From Acidobacteriota bacterium (GTDB lineage Bacteria > Acidobacteriota > UBA6911 > JACQSX01): 64,000 nucleotides of DNA. Of this stretch, positions 47,003 through 57,042 are shown piece after piece. The position numbers were made by a program, and so were the translations under genes. The notes under the pieces were generated by a model, which made no database searches, was not told where the DNA came from, and worked only from the letters and a program-made list of their open reading frames with translations. The stretch spans positions 42,098-106,097 of the forward strand of contig DASXQR010000228.1 in NCBI GenBank assembly GCA_036507075.1. The letters are read 5' to 3'. Within the stretch, counting starts at the first letter, position 1. Each line of letters begins with the position of its first letter.

Positions 47003-47974
47003 TTAGTTAATTGACGTACTTTCACCCTCCTTACCAGTCAGCGACTTGTAGGTCAGCCGCTTCTCAACAATTCCCTCCATTGCTGACTGGAAACGGTAAG
47101 CGTCATTTCCCGCTCTTTCATTGAACCGGAAAGCCTGTTCGTCAAGGTAGCGGAAAAGATGAAAGGGTTCCACGGAAACGTAGGTGCCCTTAATCGAGCG
47201 TTTCAGCAAACTCCAGAAGTTTTCAAGCCCGTTAGTGTGGACGTTCTCTCTCACGTAACACTCTGCATGGTCGATCACTTCGTGCGCGTAATCAGAAGAC
47301 AGGCCAGAGTAGGACAGAAGTGCATCGGTGAAAAGCGACGAACCCGCTTCGACATGGGCGCGAACTTCTGGTTGCAGCAACTTTTTGCGGGTATTCTCGA
47401 CAACCTTCAACCGCACTGTGCTGCACTTCTTTTCGGGAGAGTGGCGTTCAAGTAATCCCATCACAGCCGCCTTGCCCATTCCGCCTGTGCCAGTAATCTT
47501 TCGCGCTCTCTCGCTCCTGTGCATGTTCCGGGATTTGCCGCCGATGAAAGTTTCATCCGCCTCAACCTCGCCAGACAGTTTCGAAAATGAACCTTGGTGC
47601 AGTGCAAAGCGGATTCGGTGATCCATGAACCAAGCGGATTTCTGAGTCACTCCGATACCCCGCGCAATCTCGTAAGAACTGATTCCGTTTTTGCAGTTCA
47701 CAACCATCCAGACCGCCGCAAGCCACTTATCCAGGCCGATGGGTGAATCCTCAAAAATTGTTCCAACCTTCAGGGAGAACTTGGGCCGGTCATGTTTGCC
47801 GTAGCACTTCCAAACCCGCGCTTTCTCAAGATAGGTCACTTTGTCGCAACCGCATCTTGGACAGATCACTTTGCCATCGGGCCAACGAAGGCTTACCATG
47901 AACTCGTGACAGTTCTCGTAAGTGGCGAAGTAGATGATTGCTGCCTGTAGGGTTTTAGGAAAGTTCTTTTTCAT
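47003..47974 (-). CDS. IS1595 family transposase
   Basis: LRWPDG..CPRCG Zn ribbon, GTIFEDS, EVEADETFIGG, LFTD, HTNGLENFWSLLKR, YLDEQAFRFN. Confidence 0.95.
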   Translation of the reverse strand: MKKNFPKTLQAAIIYFATYENCHEFMVSLRWPDGKVICPRCGCDKVTYLEKARVWKCYGKHDRPKFSLKVGTIFEDSPIGLDKWLAAVWMVVNCKNGISSYEIARGIGVTQKSAWFMDHRIRFALHQGSFSKLSGEVEADETFIGGKSRNMHRSERARKITGTGGMGKAAVMGLLERHSPEKKCSTVRLKVVENTRKKLLQPEVRAHVEAGSSLFTDALLSYSGLSSDYAHEVIDHAECYVRENVHTNGLENFWSLLKRSIKGTYVSVEPFHLFRYLDEQAFRFNERAGNDAYRFQSAMEGIVEKRLTYKSLTGKEGESTSIN

Positions 47975-49394
47975 AGAAAGAACTATACCAAACCAAGCTT
48001 GGTCAGTCAAGTATATTATTACCCAAATTAGGGTCGGTCGTTTGCGTAATGCCTCCAGTGGTGGAGGTCGCACTGCGAATGTCAGCCAGGAGTTTCCCGA
48101 TCACCGGATCAATCGTCGAGGTTTGCCCGTTGGCGGCCGCCAACGCGAGCAGATCGACCTGCCGGACTTGGCTACCGGTTACGTTGTACTGGAAAACGCC
48201 AGTCTGAGTCAGTGGATTGAGGATCGTGCGCTGCCGGCTGACCTGGCTGGGCTGACGGAATTCCTCGTAGTTGACGAAGAAGAAAGCCTTGTCGCGGCCG
48301 TTGAAGAGCTTGGGAATCACGATCGGTCCCCCCAGACGAAAGCCGTATTGATTGAACTTCACCTGGGGGCGCGGCGCTTTGTGAGTGCGCGGGTCGGCGG
48401 GCAGATCGCGGTTATTGAACCAGTAGTTGGAATTGAGCCAGGGATTGCGAAGGTACTCATAGACGCTGCCGTTGAAGCTGTTGGTACCCTGGCGAGTGAC
48501 AAACTTGATTAGACTGCACCCATCGCTCCGCCCTGAGCCTCCGGCGTCGCTGTGGAAACGGTGACTTCCTGAACCGAGTCGATGCTTGGAGGGACGCGCA
48601 CGAAAAATCCATCGGTTGTTTTGTTGTAGTTATCCTGAATGTTGATCCCGTCAAGCGTGATGTCAATCGCGCTCTGCGGCAAGCCGTTGATAGTGGAGTC
48701 GCGATTTCCTCGTGGAGTGTTGACTCCGGGCATCAGGACAACGAAGTTGAGGGGATTGCGGGAGACCAGAGGCAGGTTGGCGATCTGGTTGATGGCCAGC
48801 GTCGTAGCAACGTTGGCCGACTGAGTCTGCAGCATCTCACCGCCGCCCTGCACGATTACAGATTGGTTAATTTCGCCGACTTCAAGTGTGACGCGCACAG
48901 TAGCCGGCACGCCTGTGTCCAGCTTGACGTCTTTGACGACAGCCTGTTTGAACCCTGACAGAGAAACCGTGACGGTGTAAGTGCCGGGATCCAGGGCCGG
49001 GATGGAGAATGTCCCATTGTCGGCGGTAAGGGCCTTAAACTCGGCACCGACAGCATTGTTCTTGACCGTGACGTCCGCGCCCGGGATGACGCTGCCACTC
49101 GAGTCAAGGACCACGCCCGTAAGCGAAGAAGTCGCGCCGCCCTGTCCATAGGCGAGCACACCGGCTATCGCAATGAAAGTCACTGTCGAGACTAGCCTGA
49201 GTAAACAATGTTTCATAGAGAGCTCCCTGAAGATTCTCGGCCATGATAGGACGACTGGCGAGGCGTTGCAAAAAAAAAGACCGCATGCACATTTCTTCTA
49301 AGTTCAAAAATATGGATCACTTAGCGTTCCACGCACGCTGGTGGAAAGCAGGCTTGGTGCCTTGGTGGTTCAGGTTTTTTTAGCAATTGGTAGC

Positions 49395-49464
49395 AATTGG
49401 GGACAGTCCCCTTTCAGCAATTGGGGACAGTCCCCTTTTGAGGAATTGGGGACAGTCCCCTTTT
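49395..49464. repeat. AATTGGGGACAGTCCCCTTT x3
   Basis: Three tandem palindromic units. Confidence 0.88.
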
Positions 49465-49601
49465 TACCGCCGGGGAGGTGCTTCTTAAGTCGCTTCGCGT
49501 TCTTCGCGTCTTCGCGGTAAACTTTCCACAGTCCATGTCACAAGCGCGCTGACATGGGTTTAGAATTCCCCGGTACCGATATGAAGAGGAGAAAGACCAC
49601 G

Positions 49602-50795
49602 ATGAAAACCAGAATCATGCTTGCCGCTTCGATTTGTCTCCTGGTTTGTTCCGTTCTGGCGCTGCAGACAAAGGCGCCTTTGCCCGAGCCTTACCACACG
49701 CCTTCGGCAAACAACCGGCCGGTGGTGATCTCGCGCCCCGACGGCGTGCAATTGAAACTTCCGGCGGGCTTCAGCATTGAAGCTTATGCCGAAGGCTTCG
49801 AAAGGCCGCGCTTTATGGCCGAAGGCCCTGCCGGAGAGATTCTGATTTCCGACAGCGCCAATAACAACGGCGCCGTTTACGTCCTTTTGGATAAGGATGT
49901 CAACCGGCAGGCGGAAGCAAAGGAAAAGGTCATCGGCGGTCTGGACCGCCCCTACGGCCTGGCGTTTTGGAAAGATTTTCTCTACGTCGCTGAGCCGACC
50001 TCGGTGAAGCGATACAAGTATGACGCCAAGAATGCAAAGATCACCGGCACCGGTGAGGAAGTGGTCTCCATGAACGGTTTTGGCTCAGGGCACTGGACTC
50101 GGACCGTGCTGTTTGACCGGAAAGGCGAGAAGATGTATCTGGGCGTCGGTTCTTCGTCTAACTTCGGAACGGGTGATGATCCGCGCCGCGCCGCCATCAA
50201 TCGTTACAATCCGGACGGCTCCGGGCATGAAATATTCGCCTCGGGAACACGCAATCCGGTCGGGATGCGCTGGTACCCGGGCACCGATACGTTGTGGGCA
50301 GCAGTTCAGGAACGCGACGGGCTGGGCGACGACCTGGTTCCAGACTACTTCACACCGGTAAGACAAGGCGCATTTTATGGCTTTCCCTATGCATACATCG
50401 GGCCGCATGAGGATCCACGCAACGCAGGACAGAAACCCGACCTGGTGCAGAAAACCATCGCTCCAGAGATACTGCTCGGGTCCCATGTCGCCGTGCTGGA
50501 TTCCATCTTTTACACCGGCCGGCAATTCCCGCAGGAATATCGGGACGGCGCGTTTCTGGCCAATCACGGATCCTGGAATCGCACCCAGCGGGTCGGCTAT
50601 TCGGTCAGTTTCATTCCCTTCAAGAATGGCAAGCCCGCCGGCGAAAAACGTGACTTCCTCACCGGCTTTATGCTGGATCCGGACAAGAAGGAGGTCTGGG
50701 GACGCCCGGTCGGTCTTTTTCAAATGCGCGATGGCTCGCTGCTGGTCTCCGACGACGGCGGCAAAAAGATCTGGCGTATCAGTTATAAAGGGTAA
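49602..50795 (+). CDS. PQQ-dependent sugar/sorbosone dehydrogenase family protein
   Basis: Signal peptide; GHWTR, GTRNPVG, ERDGLGDDLVPDY, HGSWNR, GRPVG. Confidence 0.88.
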   Translation: MKTRIMLAASICLLVCSVLALQTKAPLPEPYHTPSANNRPVVISRPDGVQLKLPAGFSIEAYAEGFERPRFMAEGPAGEILISDSANNNGAVYVLLDKDVNRQAEAKEKVIGGLDRPYGLAFWKDFLYVAEPTSVKRYKYDAKNAKITGTGEEVVSMNGFGSGHWTRTVLFDRKGEKMYLGVGSSSNFGTGDDPRRAAINRYNPDGSGHEIFASGTRNPVGMRWYPGTDTLWAAVQERDGLGDDLVPDYFTPVRQGAFYGFPYAYIGPHEDPRNAGQKPDLVQKTIAPEILLGSHVAVLDSIFYTGRQFPQEYRDGAFLANHGSWNRTQRVGYSVSFIPFKNGKPAGEKRDFLTGFMLDPDKKEVWGRPVGLFQMRDGSLLVSDDGGKKIWRISYKG

Positions 50796-50798
50796 TGC

Positions 50799-50872
50799 TT
50801 CACCACAAAGACACAAAGGACACGAAGGGTCTCCGCGTCTCAGCTTTGTGTTCTTCGTATCTTTGTGGTGAA
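50799..50872. repeat. CACCACAAAGACAC palindromic element
   Basis: TTCACCACAAAGACACAAAG ... CTTTGTGGTGAA; further copies 55025-55086 and 56241-56308. Confidence 0.85.
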
Positions 50873-50883
50873 AAAAATTCTTA

Positions 50884-51348
50884 TCAACCGCGCAACACGA
50901 AATCGACCTCGAACATCTCGTAAGCGGTCTTTTTCATCCCCAATTGCTGGTAGCTGCGTTGCGCGCGCGCGTTGTGGGCTTCTACATAAAGTCTCAACCC
51001 ACAGACATCCGCTCTGCGGCGGGCCAGTTGCTCCACATGCTTGTACAATGACTTAAAAATACCGTGCCGGCGGTACTCCGGTTTGACGTAAACGCTCTGG
51101 ATCCACCAGAAGTTTCCGTTGCGCCAGTCGCTCCACTCGTATGTAAGAAGCAACTGCCCGACAACCTGGTCACCTGCTTGAGTGACGTAATAAACGCCTT
51201 TCGAAGCGTCCTCCAGAACCGTTTCCACTCCCCGGGCCAAAGTGGGGCGATCCAACTCGCGTCCCTCGGTTTCCAGAGCCATGCGGAAGTTAAACTCCGC
51301 GATCGTCGCGACATCCTCGGTATTAGCTTGGCGGATTTCAAATTTCAT
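50884..51348 (-). CDS. GNAT family N-acetyltransferase
   Basis: TYEWSDWRNG, SVYVKPEYRRHG, LYVEAHNARAQRSY. Confidence 0.9.
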   Translation of the reverse strand: MKFEIRQANTEDVATIAEFNFRMALETEGRELDRPTLARGVETVLEDASKGVYYVTQAGDQVVGQLLLTYEWSDWRNGNFWWIQSVYVKPEYRRHGIFKSLYKHVEQLARRRADVCGLRLYVEAHNARAQRSYQQLGMKKTAYEMFEVDFVLRG

Positions 51349-51378
51349 AGGCAAACGTCCCCACGCTCTCAAAAACGG

Positions 51379-51529
51379 AACCGCAAAGAACGCAAAGAAC
51401 GCTAAGCCTGTAATGGATCTAATCCAGGCTGCTTCGCATAGACAATTCAAAGTGCGGACAAATGCATTATGCGCCGCCGGCGAACTGGTGTTAATAATCT
51501 TGGCGTTCTTGGCGCTCTTCGCGGTTCAA
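51379..51529. repeat. Element with AACCGCNAAGAACGCNAAG arms, interior distinct from 26511/40713 copies
   Basis: AACCGCAAAGAACGCAAAGAACGCTAAG ... CTTGGCGTTCTTGGCGCTCTTCGCGGTT. Confidence 0.8.
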
Positions 51530-51533
51530 GCTT

Positions 51534-54500
51534 TTATTTATCCGTCCACGCCGGGATGCGCCCCGGGGTCCAGGGGGCGCCGGCGGCCTCGGCTGCTTTT
51601 TCCAGTTTGACAGCATCGCTCTCAACCAGCACGCGCAGCTTTTCCAGCACCGGTTTGAATTCATCGGCGGCAATGTTGTACTGCTCGATCTGCGTTTGAG
51701 TGGGCCGGGCCGCCGCCATGCGCTGGCGACTCGCGATGCCGGCCACGCGATCGCTGATGGAAGGCGGCGGCGTGTCGCTGAGAGCGCGATCGCCCCGCAG
51801 CGCATGAAGAATCTCGTCGGCGCGCTTCTCCAGGGCTGTAGCGTCTTGAGCCAGTCGGGCCCCCGCTTCGGGAGCCTGCTCCAGAGCGCGCTTTATCAGT
51901 CCCAGACGGCCTTTCAAACTGGCGGCCGTATCCAGCGCGCCTGTCACAGCCCGCTGCAGACGCGACACTTTCTGCTGAAATTCTCCTACCGCGGCGCGGT
52001 CAGCGGCGTTCATCCTGTCGGCGCCTTCGGCGACCACTGAGAAGGGCTGCGGGCCCGCCAGAGGCGTGACCACACTATTGACCTTCTTTGCCAGCGACAC
52101 GGTAAATTTACCCGGCATGACCAGGTAACCCGATGGTCCTTCGCCGCCGCCTTCCTCGCCCTCTTCACGCGCAGGGCCACCGCGACCGGGGCCGCGCCCA
52201 ATCGCCGGCCCTCCTTCAGCCGGCGGCGCGATGAGGACAGGCGCCGGATAGCGCAAGTCCCAGGTAACGCGACGAACCCCGGCGGTGGCTTGCGTACTGA
52301 TCCTGCGCACCAACTTCCCTTCCGCGTCGCTGACCGTCAGGACCACCGCGGGTGATTCTTCTTCTCTCTCTTCTCGCAATTCCCCCGGGGTCGGATAACG
52401 GATCGGGACGCCCTTCCTGACCGCCTCTCGCTCCAGTTCCTGTCGCCTCTGGCGTTTCGTCTTGATCGATTCCTTCAGGTAAAAAGTGAAAGTTGCGCCA
52501 TAGGGTGGATTACTCGCGGTGAAGAATGATTCTCCCTGTGCACCCTTGCCGCGGCCGCCCAGAGGACTGGATTGAACGTACATCAGCGCGTCTTCCACGG
52601 GAAAGAGTACGGCATCCTGAGCCAGCGTGTCGGGCTTGAGCCCTCGCAAAGGACTATAATTATCCAGAATGTAGATCCCTCGTCCGAACGTCGCCACAGC
52701 AAGATCGCTTTCGCGCCTCTGAATGGCAAGGTCGCGCACGGCAATCACCGGCAGGCCGCCCTTTAGCTGGATCCACTTCTCGCCGCCGTTGACGGTAAAG
52801 AAGAGGCCAAATTCCGTTCCGACAAACAGGAGACTCGCATTGACGTGGTCCTCGGCGATTGCCAGAACCGAGCTTCTCTCGGGCAGATTGCCCTTAATCG
52901 AGATCCAGGTTGCGCCCGTATCCGTGCTCTTCAACAAATAGGGCGCGAAATCGCCGTTTTGATGATTATCAAACGCAGCGTAGACGGTTTTCACATCGTG
53001 TTGTGAAGCGACCATGCGGCTGACATAGGTATTGTCGGGAACGCCCGGGAATTTATCGATCTTGCGCCAGGAGCCACCGCCATTTTCCGTCACCTGAATC
53101 AAGCCGTCGTCGGTTCCAACGTAAAGCAGCCCCTCCTTTTTCGGCGACTCGGCAAGAGCGGAGGCATTCCCATACAGCGCCGTCGAGGCATGCTTGGAGA
53201 CGGCGTCGGGTCCCCAGATTTTGCCCATCACCGGCAATGCATTACGGTCCAACTGCCGCGTGAGATCGCCGCTGATGGCGCGCCAGTCGTCCCCGCGATT
53301 GTCGCTGCGGTACAACCTGTTGCCCGCGTAGTAAAGCCTCGCATGTGAATGGGGACTAATGATGAAGGGCAAGTCCCAGTTGGTCCGCAGCGTCTCTTCG
53401 CCTTTTCCCGCGAGCGGCCGAATACTGACGCGCTCGCCGGAACGGCGGTCAAAACGTACCAGCCCGCCGTTCTGGCTCTCGGAATAAACCGTGTTCGGAT
53501 CTTCGGGATCGACGTGCGAGCGGAATCCGTCGCCTCCGTTGGTGACAAACCAGTCTGCGTTGACAATCCCCGCGGCGTTATGGGTTCGTGAGGGACCGCC
53601 CACGCTGAAATTGTCCTGCGTTCCGCCATAGACATTGTAAAACGGAGCCCCGTTATCAACGGCCACATCATAGAACTGGCCCAGCGGCAGGTTGGCTTTG
53701 AATGCCCACGTCGCGCCGCGATCGAAGCTTTCGTAGACTCCGCCGTCGCAGCCGACCAGATAGTAGTTGGTATTGTTCGGATCAATCCAGATGGTGTGAT
53801 TATCGCCGTGCTTGGACCTCTCGCCAAGCGGACGCAGCGTCCTGCCGCCATCGTCCGAGACCTGAATGTTGACGTTCATCACATAGATGCGGTCAACACT
53901 CCTGGGATCGGCGATGATCTTGCCGTAGTACATCGCCGTGGAATCAAATGGATTCTGCCGCTCCCAGGTTGCCCCGCGATCACCGGAGCGGAAGATTCCC
54001 CCCTGTCGATCGGCTGCTTCGATGGTTGCGTAAAGCACGTTGGAATCAACCGGAGAAATCGCCAGGCCGATGCGTCCCATTTCGCCGCCAGGAAGCCCTG
54101 CCCGCATCTTTGTCCAGGTTGCTCCGGCATCCGTGGATTTATGAATCGCGCTCTCCGGACCACCGTTGATCAACGTCCAGATGTGCCGGCGTCGCTGGTA
54201 CGACGCGGCATAGAGCGTGTCGGGACTATTTGGATCGATGACGACATCGGTGACCCCCGTGTTCTCGCTGATCGAGAGCACATTCTTCCAGGTCTTGCCC
54301 GCGTCGGTGGTCTTGAACAATCCGCGGTCCCCACCCGCGCTCCACAGCGGACCTTGCGCCGCGACATAGACGACATCGGAATTGCGCGGGTCGATCACGA
54401 TGCGGGCGATATGCTCAGACTTCTTCAGCCCCATATTTTTCCAGCTTCGGCCGCCGTCGTCGGAGCGGTAAATGCCGTCGCCGTAAGAGACGCTGCGCTG

Positions 54501-54899
54501 GCTGTTGTTTTCTCCCGTGCCCACCCAGACGCTCGACGGGTTCTTGGGATCAAGCGCCAGGGCGCCGATGGAATACGATCCTTCATTGTCGAAAACTGGA
54601 ATCCAGGTGGTACCCGAATTGACAGTCTTCCACACGCCCCCAGAAGCGGCCGCCACGAAATAACGGCTGCGGTTGTTCGGATCGACGGCGAAAGCTATTA
54701 CGCGTCCGGAGATAAACGCGGGACCGATCAGCCGCAGTCGCAATCCGGCAAAGGTTGGGGTCGACATCGGATCAGATGGTCTTCTGGATTCACCCGGCGG
54801 CGCCTTTTCGGTCTCTTGTTTTTCTTCCTGACCCAGCACCGGCAGGAATGCGTTGATCGAGATTAGAAAAAGCAGGGTGAGTTTAGAGATTGGTCTCAT
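51534..54899 (-). CDS. BNR/VPS10 (sortilin-like) beta-propeller glycosyl hydrolase-like protein
   Basis: Signal peptide; IGPAFISGR; many SxDxGxTW Asp boxes. Confidence 0.88.
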   Translation of the reverse strand: MRPISKLTLLFLISINAFLPVLGQEEKQETEKAPPGESRRPSDPMSTPTFAGLRLRLIGPAFISGRVIAFAVDPNNRSRYFVAAASGGVWKTVNSGTTWIPVFDNEGSYSIGALALDPKNPSSVWVGTGENNSQRSVSYGDGIYRSDDGGRSWKNMGLKKSEHIARIVIDPRNSDVVYVAAQGPLWSAGGDRGLFKTTDAGKTWKNVLSISENTGVTDVVIDPNSPDTLYAASYQRRRHIWTLINGGPESAIHKSTDAGATWTKMRAGLPGGEMGRIGLAISPVDSNVLYATIEAADRQGGIFRSGDRGATWERQNPFDSTAMYYGKIIADPRSVDRIYVMNVNIQVSDDGGRTLRPLGERSKHGDNHTIWIDPNNTNYYLVGCDGGVYESFDRGATWAFKANLPLGQFYDVAVDNGAPFYNVYGGTQDNFSVGGPSRTHNAAGIVNADWFVTNGGDGFRSHVDPEDPNTVYSESQNGGLVRFDRRSGERVSIRPLAGKGEETLRTNWDLPFIISPHSHARLYYAGNRLYRSDNRGDDWRAISGDLTRQLDRNALPVMGKIWGPDAVSKHASTALYGNASALAESPKKEGLLYVGTDDGLIQVTENGGGSWRKIDKFPGVPDNTYVSRMVASQHDVKTVYAAFDNHQNGDFAPYLLKSTDTGATWISIKGNLPERSSVLAIAEDHVNASLLFVGTEFGLFFTVNGGEKWIQLKGGLPVIAVRDLAIQRRESDLAVATFGRGIYILDNYSPLRGLKPDTLAQDAVLFPVEDALMYVQSSPLGGRGKGAQGESFFTASNPPYGATFTFYLKESIKTKRQRRQELEREAVRKGVPIRYPTPGELREEREEESPAVVLTVSDAEGKLVRRISTQATAGVRRVTWDLRYPAPVLIAPPAEGGPAIGRGPGRGGPAREEGEEGGGEGPSGYLVMPGKFTVSLAKKVNSVVTPLAGPQPFSVVAEGADRMNAADRAAVGEFQQKVSRLQRAVTGALDTAASLKGRLGLIKRALEQAPEAGARLAQDATALEKRADEILHALRGDRALSDTPPPSISDRVAGIASRQRMAAARPTQTQIEQYNIAADEFKPVLEKLRVLVESDAVKLEKAAEAAGAPWTPGRIPAWTDK

Positions 54900-55164
54900 A
54901 GTTATCTGTCCTTCTGCCAGCGGCACACCCCCGTTGTCCTTGCATGCGAAAAAATCCACCGCGAAGGCGCGAAAGCGCGAATTACTGGAAGCATCGATTG
55001 TACATTCCGACTAAGAATTCTTTAACCACAAAGACACAAAGGGCACAAAGTCAGACGAGCCCTTGGCGCCTTTGTGCCTTTGTGGTGAAAAATCTCATGA
55101 GCGAACTCCTTGAGTTATGACCGCCCTGGCGGTACGCTCCTTGACAACAGACGCATTCAGAATC

Positions 55165-56232
55165 ATGGAATTCTCGATCAGATCACTCGCTATCGGCAGA
55201 TCCAAGGGCGTGCCGCGCGCCTGGTGGGTGGCTCTAAGCGTTGTCTTCGCAGGCGTCGCCTTCCTGCCTGCGGTCAATGAGGATGTTGTGATCCGCGAAT
55301 GGAACGTGGCCACGGCTAACGCACTTCCCCACGACCCCGCCGCGGCGCCGGACGGGGCGCTCTGGTATACCGGCCAGGCCGGGAACCTCCTCGGCCGTCT
55401 TGATCCTGCGAGCGGAGTAATCCGCGAATACCCGCTTCGAACTTCAGCGTCAGGGCCGCATGGCCTGGTCGCCGACAACCAGGGCAACATCTGGTTTACG
55501 GCCAATGCCAGAGGATACATAGGAAAGCTGGATCCTCAGACCGGAGAGATTGCCGAGTATCGCATGCCGGACCTTCAGGCGGTAGACCCTCATACGCCCA
55601 TTTTCGATCAGAAAGGGATACTCTGGTTTACGGTACAGAATGGCAATTTTGTCGGCAGGCTTGATCCGCAAACCGGGGCTGTAACGCTGAGACAATCCCC
55701 TACATCGCGCTCGCGGCCTTATGGAATCGCGGTAGATTCCGTTGGCTTTCCCTTCTTTTGCGAATTCGGCACAAACAAGATTGGCCGCATTAACCCCGAA
55801 ACGATACAGATTACCGAATATCTGCTGCCCACCGGCGCGAGACCGCGCCGGATTGCAGTAACGCCGGCCGATATCCTTTATTACACCGACTTCGAGCGAG
55901 GGTATCTGGGAAGCCTGGATCCCCGAACCGGAACGGTTCAGGAGTGGCAGTCGCCGGCCGGTCGCAGTTCCCAGCCCTACGGGATAACCTCAACGGCCGA
56001 CGGAAAAATCTGGTACAGCGAATCGGGTGTGCAACCCAACACACTGGTCCGGTTCGATCCGGATTCAGCGACATTCCAATCATGGCCGATTCCTTCCGGT
56101 GGCGGCGTGATTCGGCACATGGTGTCGACATCGGAAGGCAATCTCTACATCGCCTGCAGCGGCGTCAACAAAGTCGGGATTGTTTATCGTTCCGGGCAAA
56201 ACACCCCTGCCCGCCAGCGTCGCCGCCCTTAG
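55165..56232 (+). CDS. Virginiamycin B lyase (Vgb)-like beta-propeller
   Basis: PHDPA.APDGALWYT, GPHGL, PYGI repeats; start uncertain. Confidence 0.82.
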   Translation: MEFSIRSLAIGRSKGVPRAWWVALSVVFAGVAFLPAVNEDVVIREWNVATANALPHDPAAAPDGALWYTGQAGNLLGRLDPASGVIREYPLRTSASGPHGLVADNQGNIWFTANARGYIGKLDPQTGEIAEYRMPDLQAVDPHTPIFDQKGILWFTVQNGNFVGRLDPQTGAVTLRQSPTSRSRPYGIAVDSVGFPFFCEFGTNKIGRINPETIQITEYLLPTGARPRRIAVTPADILYYTDFERGYLGSLDPRTGTVQEWQSPAGRSSQPYGITSTADGKIWYSESGVQPNTLVRFDPDSATFQSWPIPSGGGVIRHMVSTSEGNLYIACSGVNKVGIVYRSGQNTPARQRRRP

Positions 56233-56313
56233 GTAAAAAGTTTTCACCACAAAGACACCAAGAACACGAAGGTACACTTTTGTGCCCTTAGTGCCTTTGT
56301 GGTGAAAAAAATT

Positions 56314-56823
56314 CTACGTCAGAGCGCCCGCAAGGAACATGGATCCGAAGTGCAGCGTCAGGATCGCACGGCCTTCAAACCTGCCCTTACCCGGGGTAAT
56401 GTCGATCAGCAGATGGTCTGCCTTCCCTTCCGAGCTCGAATACGAGGACTCCAGCTTGAGCATCTTGGACATGTCCGGAGCGGATCCTCGCGCGATAGTG
56501 CCGGGATAAAGGCCCATGGTGTAGTCCGTGTTGCTGTTCTTGATGGCGCCGATGACGTACTCCCCGGCAGGAATAGTGACGGACCCGGCCTTCACGTCGG
56601 CCGAGAGTTTCAACTTTGGCTGACGCGGTGTGAGGAACGCGCCCACGGCTGCGTTTGTAGCGTGAGATTCGTTGCTGGGAACGGTGTTGTAAGCGATCGT
56701 CGCTTCAGCGCCTCCTGGCAATTTGACCGTGACCGACTTGTTGAAATGAGGGTGGCCCAGGAGCAGCGCTGTCGCCACCAGGAACACACCCAAAACCAGA
56801 GGATAAACCAGACTTCTTTTCAT
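56314..56823 (-). CDS. Secreted hypothetical protein (DUF2911-like)
   Basis: AAGGAG RBS, signal peptide, IPAGEY motif. Confidence 0.65.
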   Translation of the reverse strand: MKRSLVYPLVLGVFLVATALLLGHPHFNKSVTVKLPGGAEATIAYNTVPSNESHATNAAVGAFLTPRQPKLKLSADVKAGSVTIPAGEYVIGAIKNSNTDYTMGLYPGTIARGSAPDMSKMLKLESSYSSSEGKADHLLIDITPGKGRFEGRAILTLHFGSMFLAGALT

Positions 56824-57042
56824 AGCAGTTCTCCTTTTCAGCAGAAGATAAGTTGCACCCAGGTTAATAAATCTCCCGTTGCGTCTAATTGTCGGATAAC
56901 TGACCCCAATCTACTCCGGTTTAGAGCCTGATTTCAACTCCGGCCTCCCGGGGTCCTGCACCATCAGAGTCAGAAGGCTTGGTGTCTTGGTGGTGGAAAA
57001 AAATGAACCACCAAGGCACCAAGCTAGCCTTTCCCATTTGGC

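Larger units (their letters stand above)
45589..48023 (-). mobile_element. IS1595-family element with passenger genes (2435 bp)
   Basis: Perfect 27-bp TIRs GGTAATAATATACTTGACTGACCAAGC (45589-45615, 47997-48023); 8-bp target duplication CAAATTAG (45581-45588, 48024-48031). Confidence 0.95.
43780..49216 (-). pseudogene. TonB-dependent receptor (carboxypeptidase regulatory-like N-terminus), disrupted
   Basis: N-part 48509-49216, frameshift near 48510, middle 48024-48508, IS insertion, short part 45505-45580, second frameshift, C-part to 43780 ending GRLGQIVLRINW. Confidence 0.85.

Noticed and set aside
53796..54866. Long antisense ORFs (also 28562-29806, 58440-59510, 59645-60637, 5707-6657, 15753-16643, 45847-46782)
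   Set aside because: Shadow frames of well-supported genes in GC-rich DNA; no motifs.
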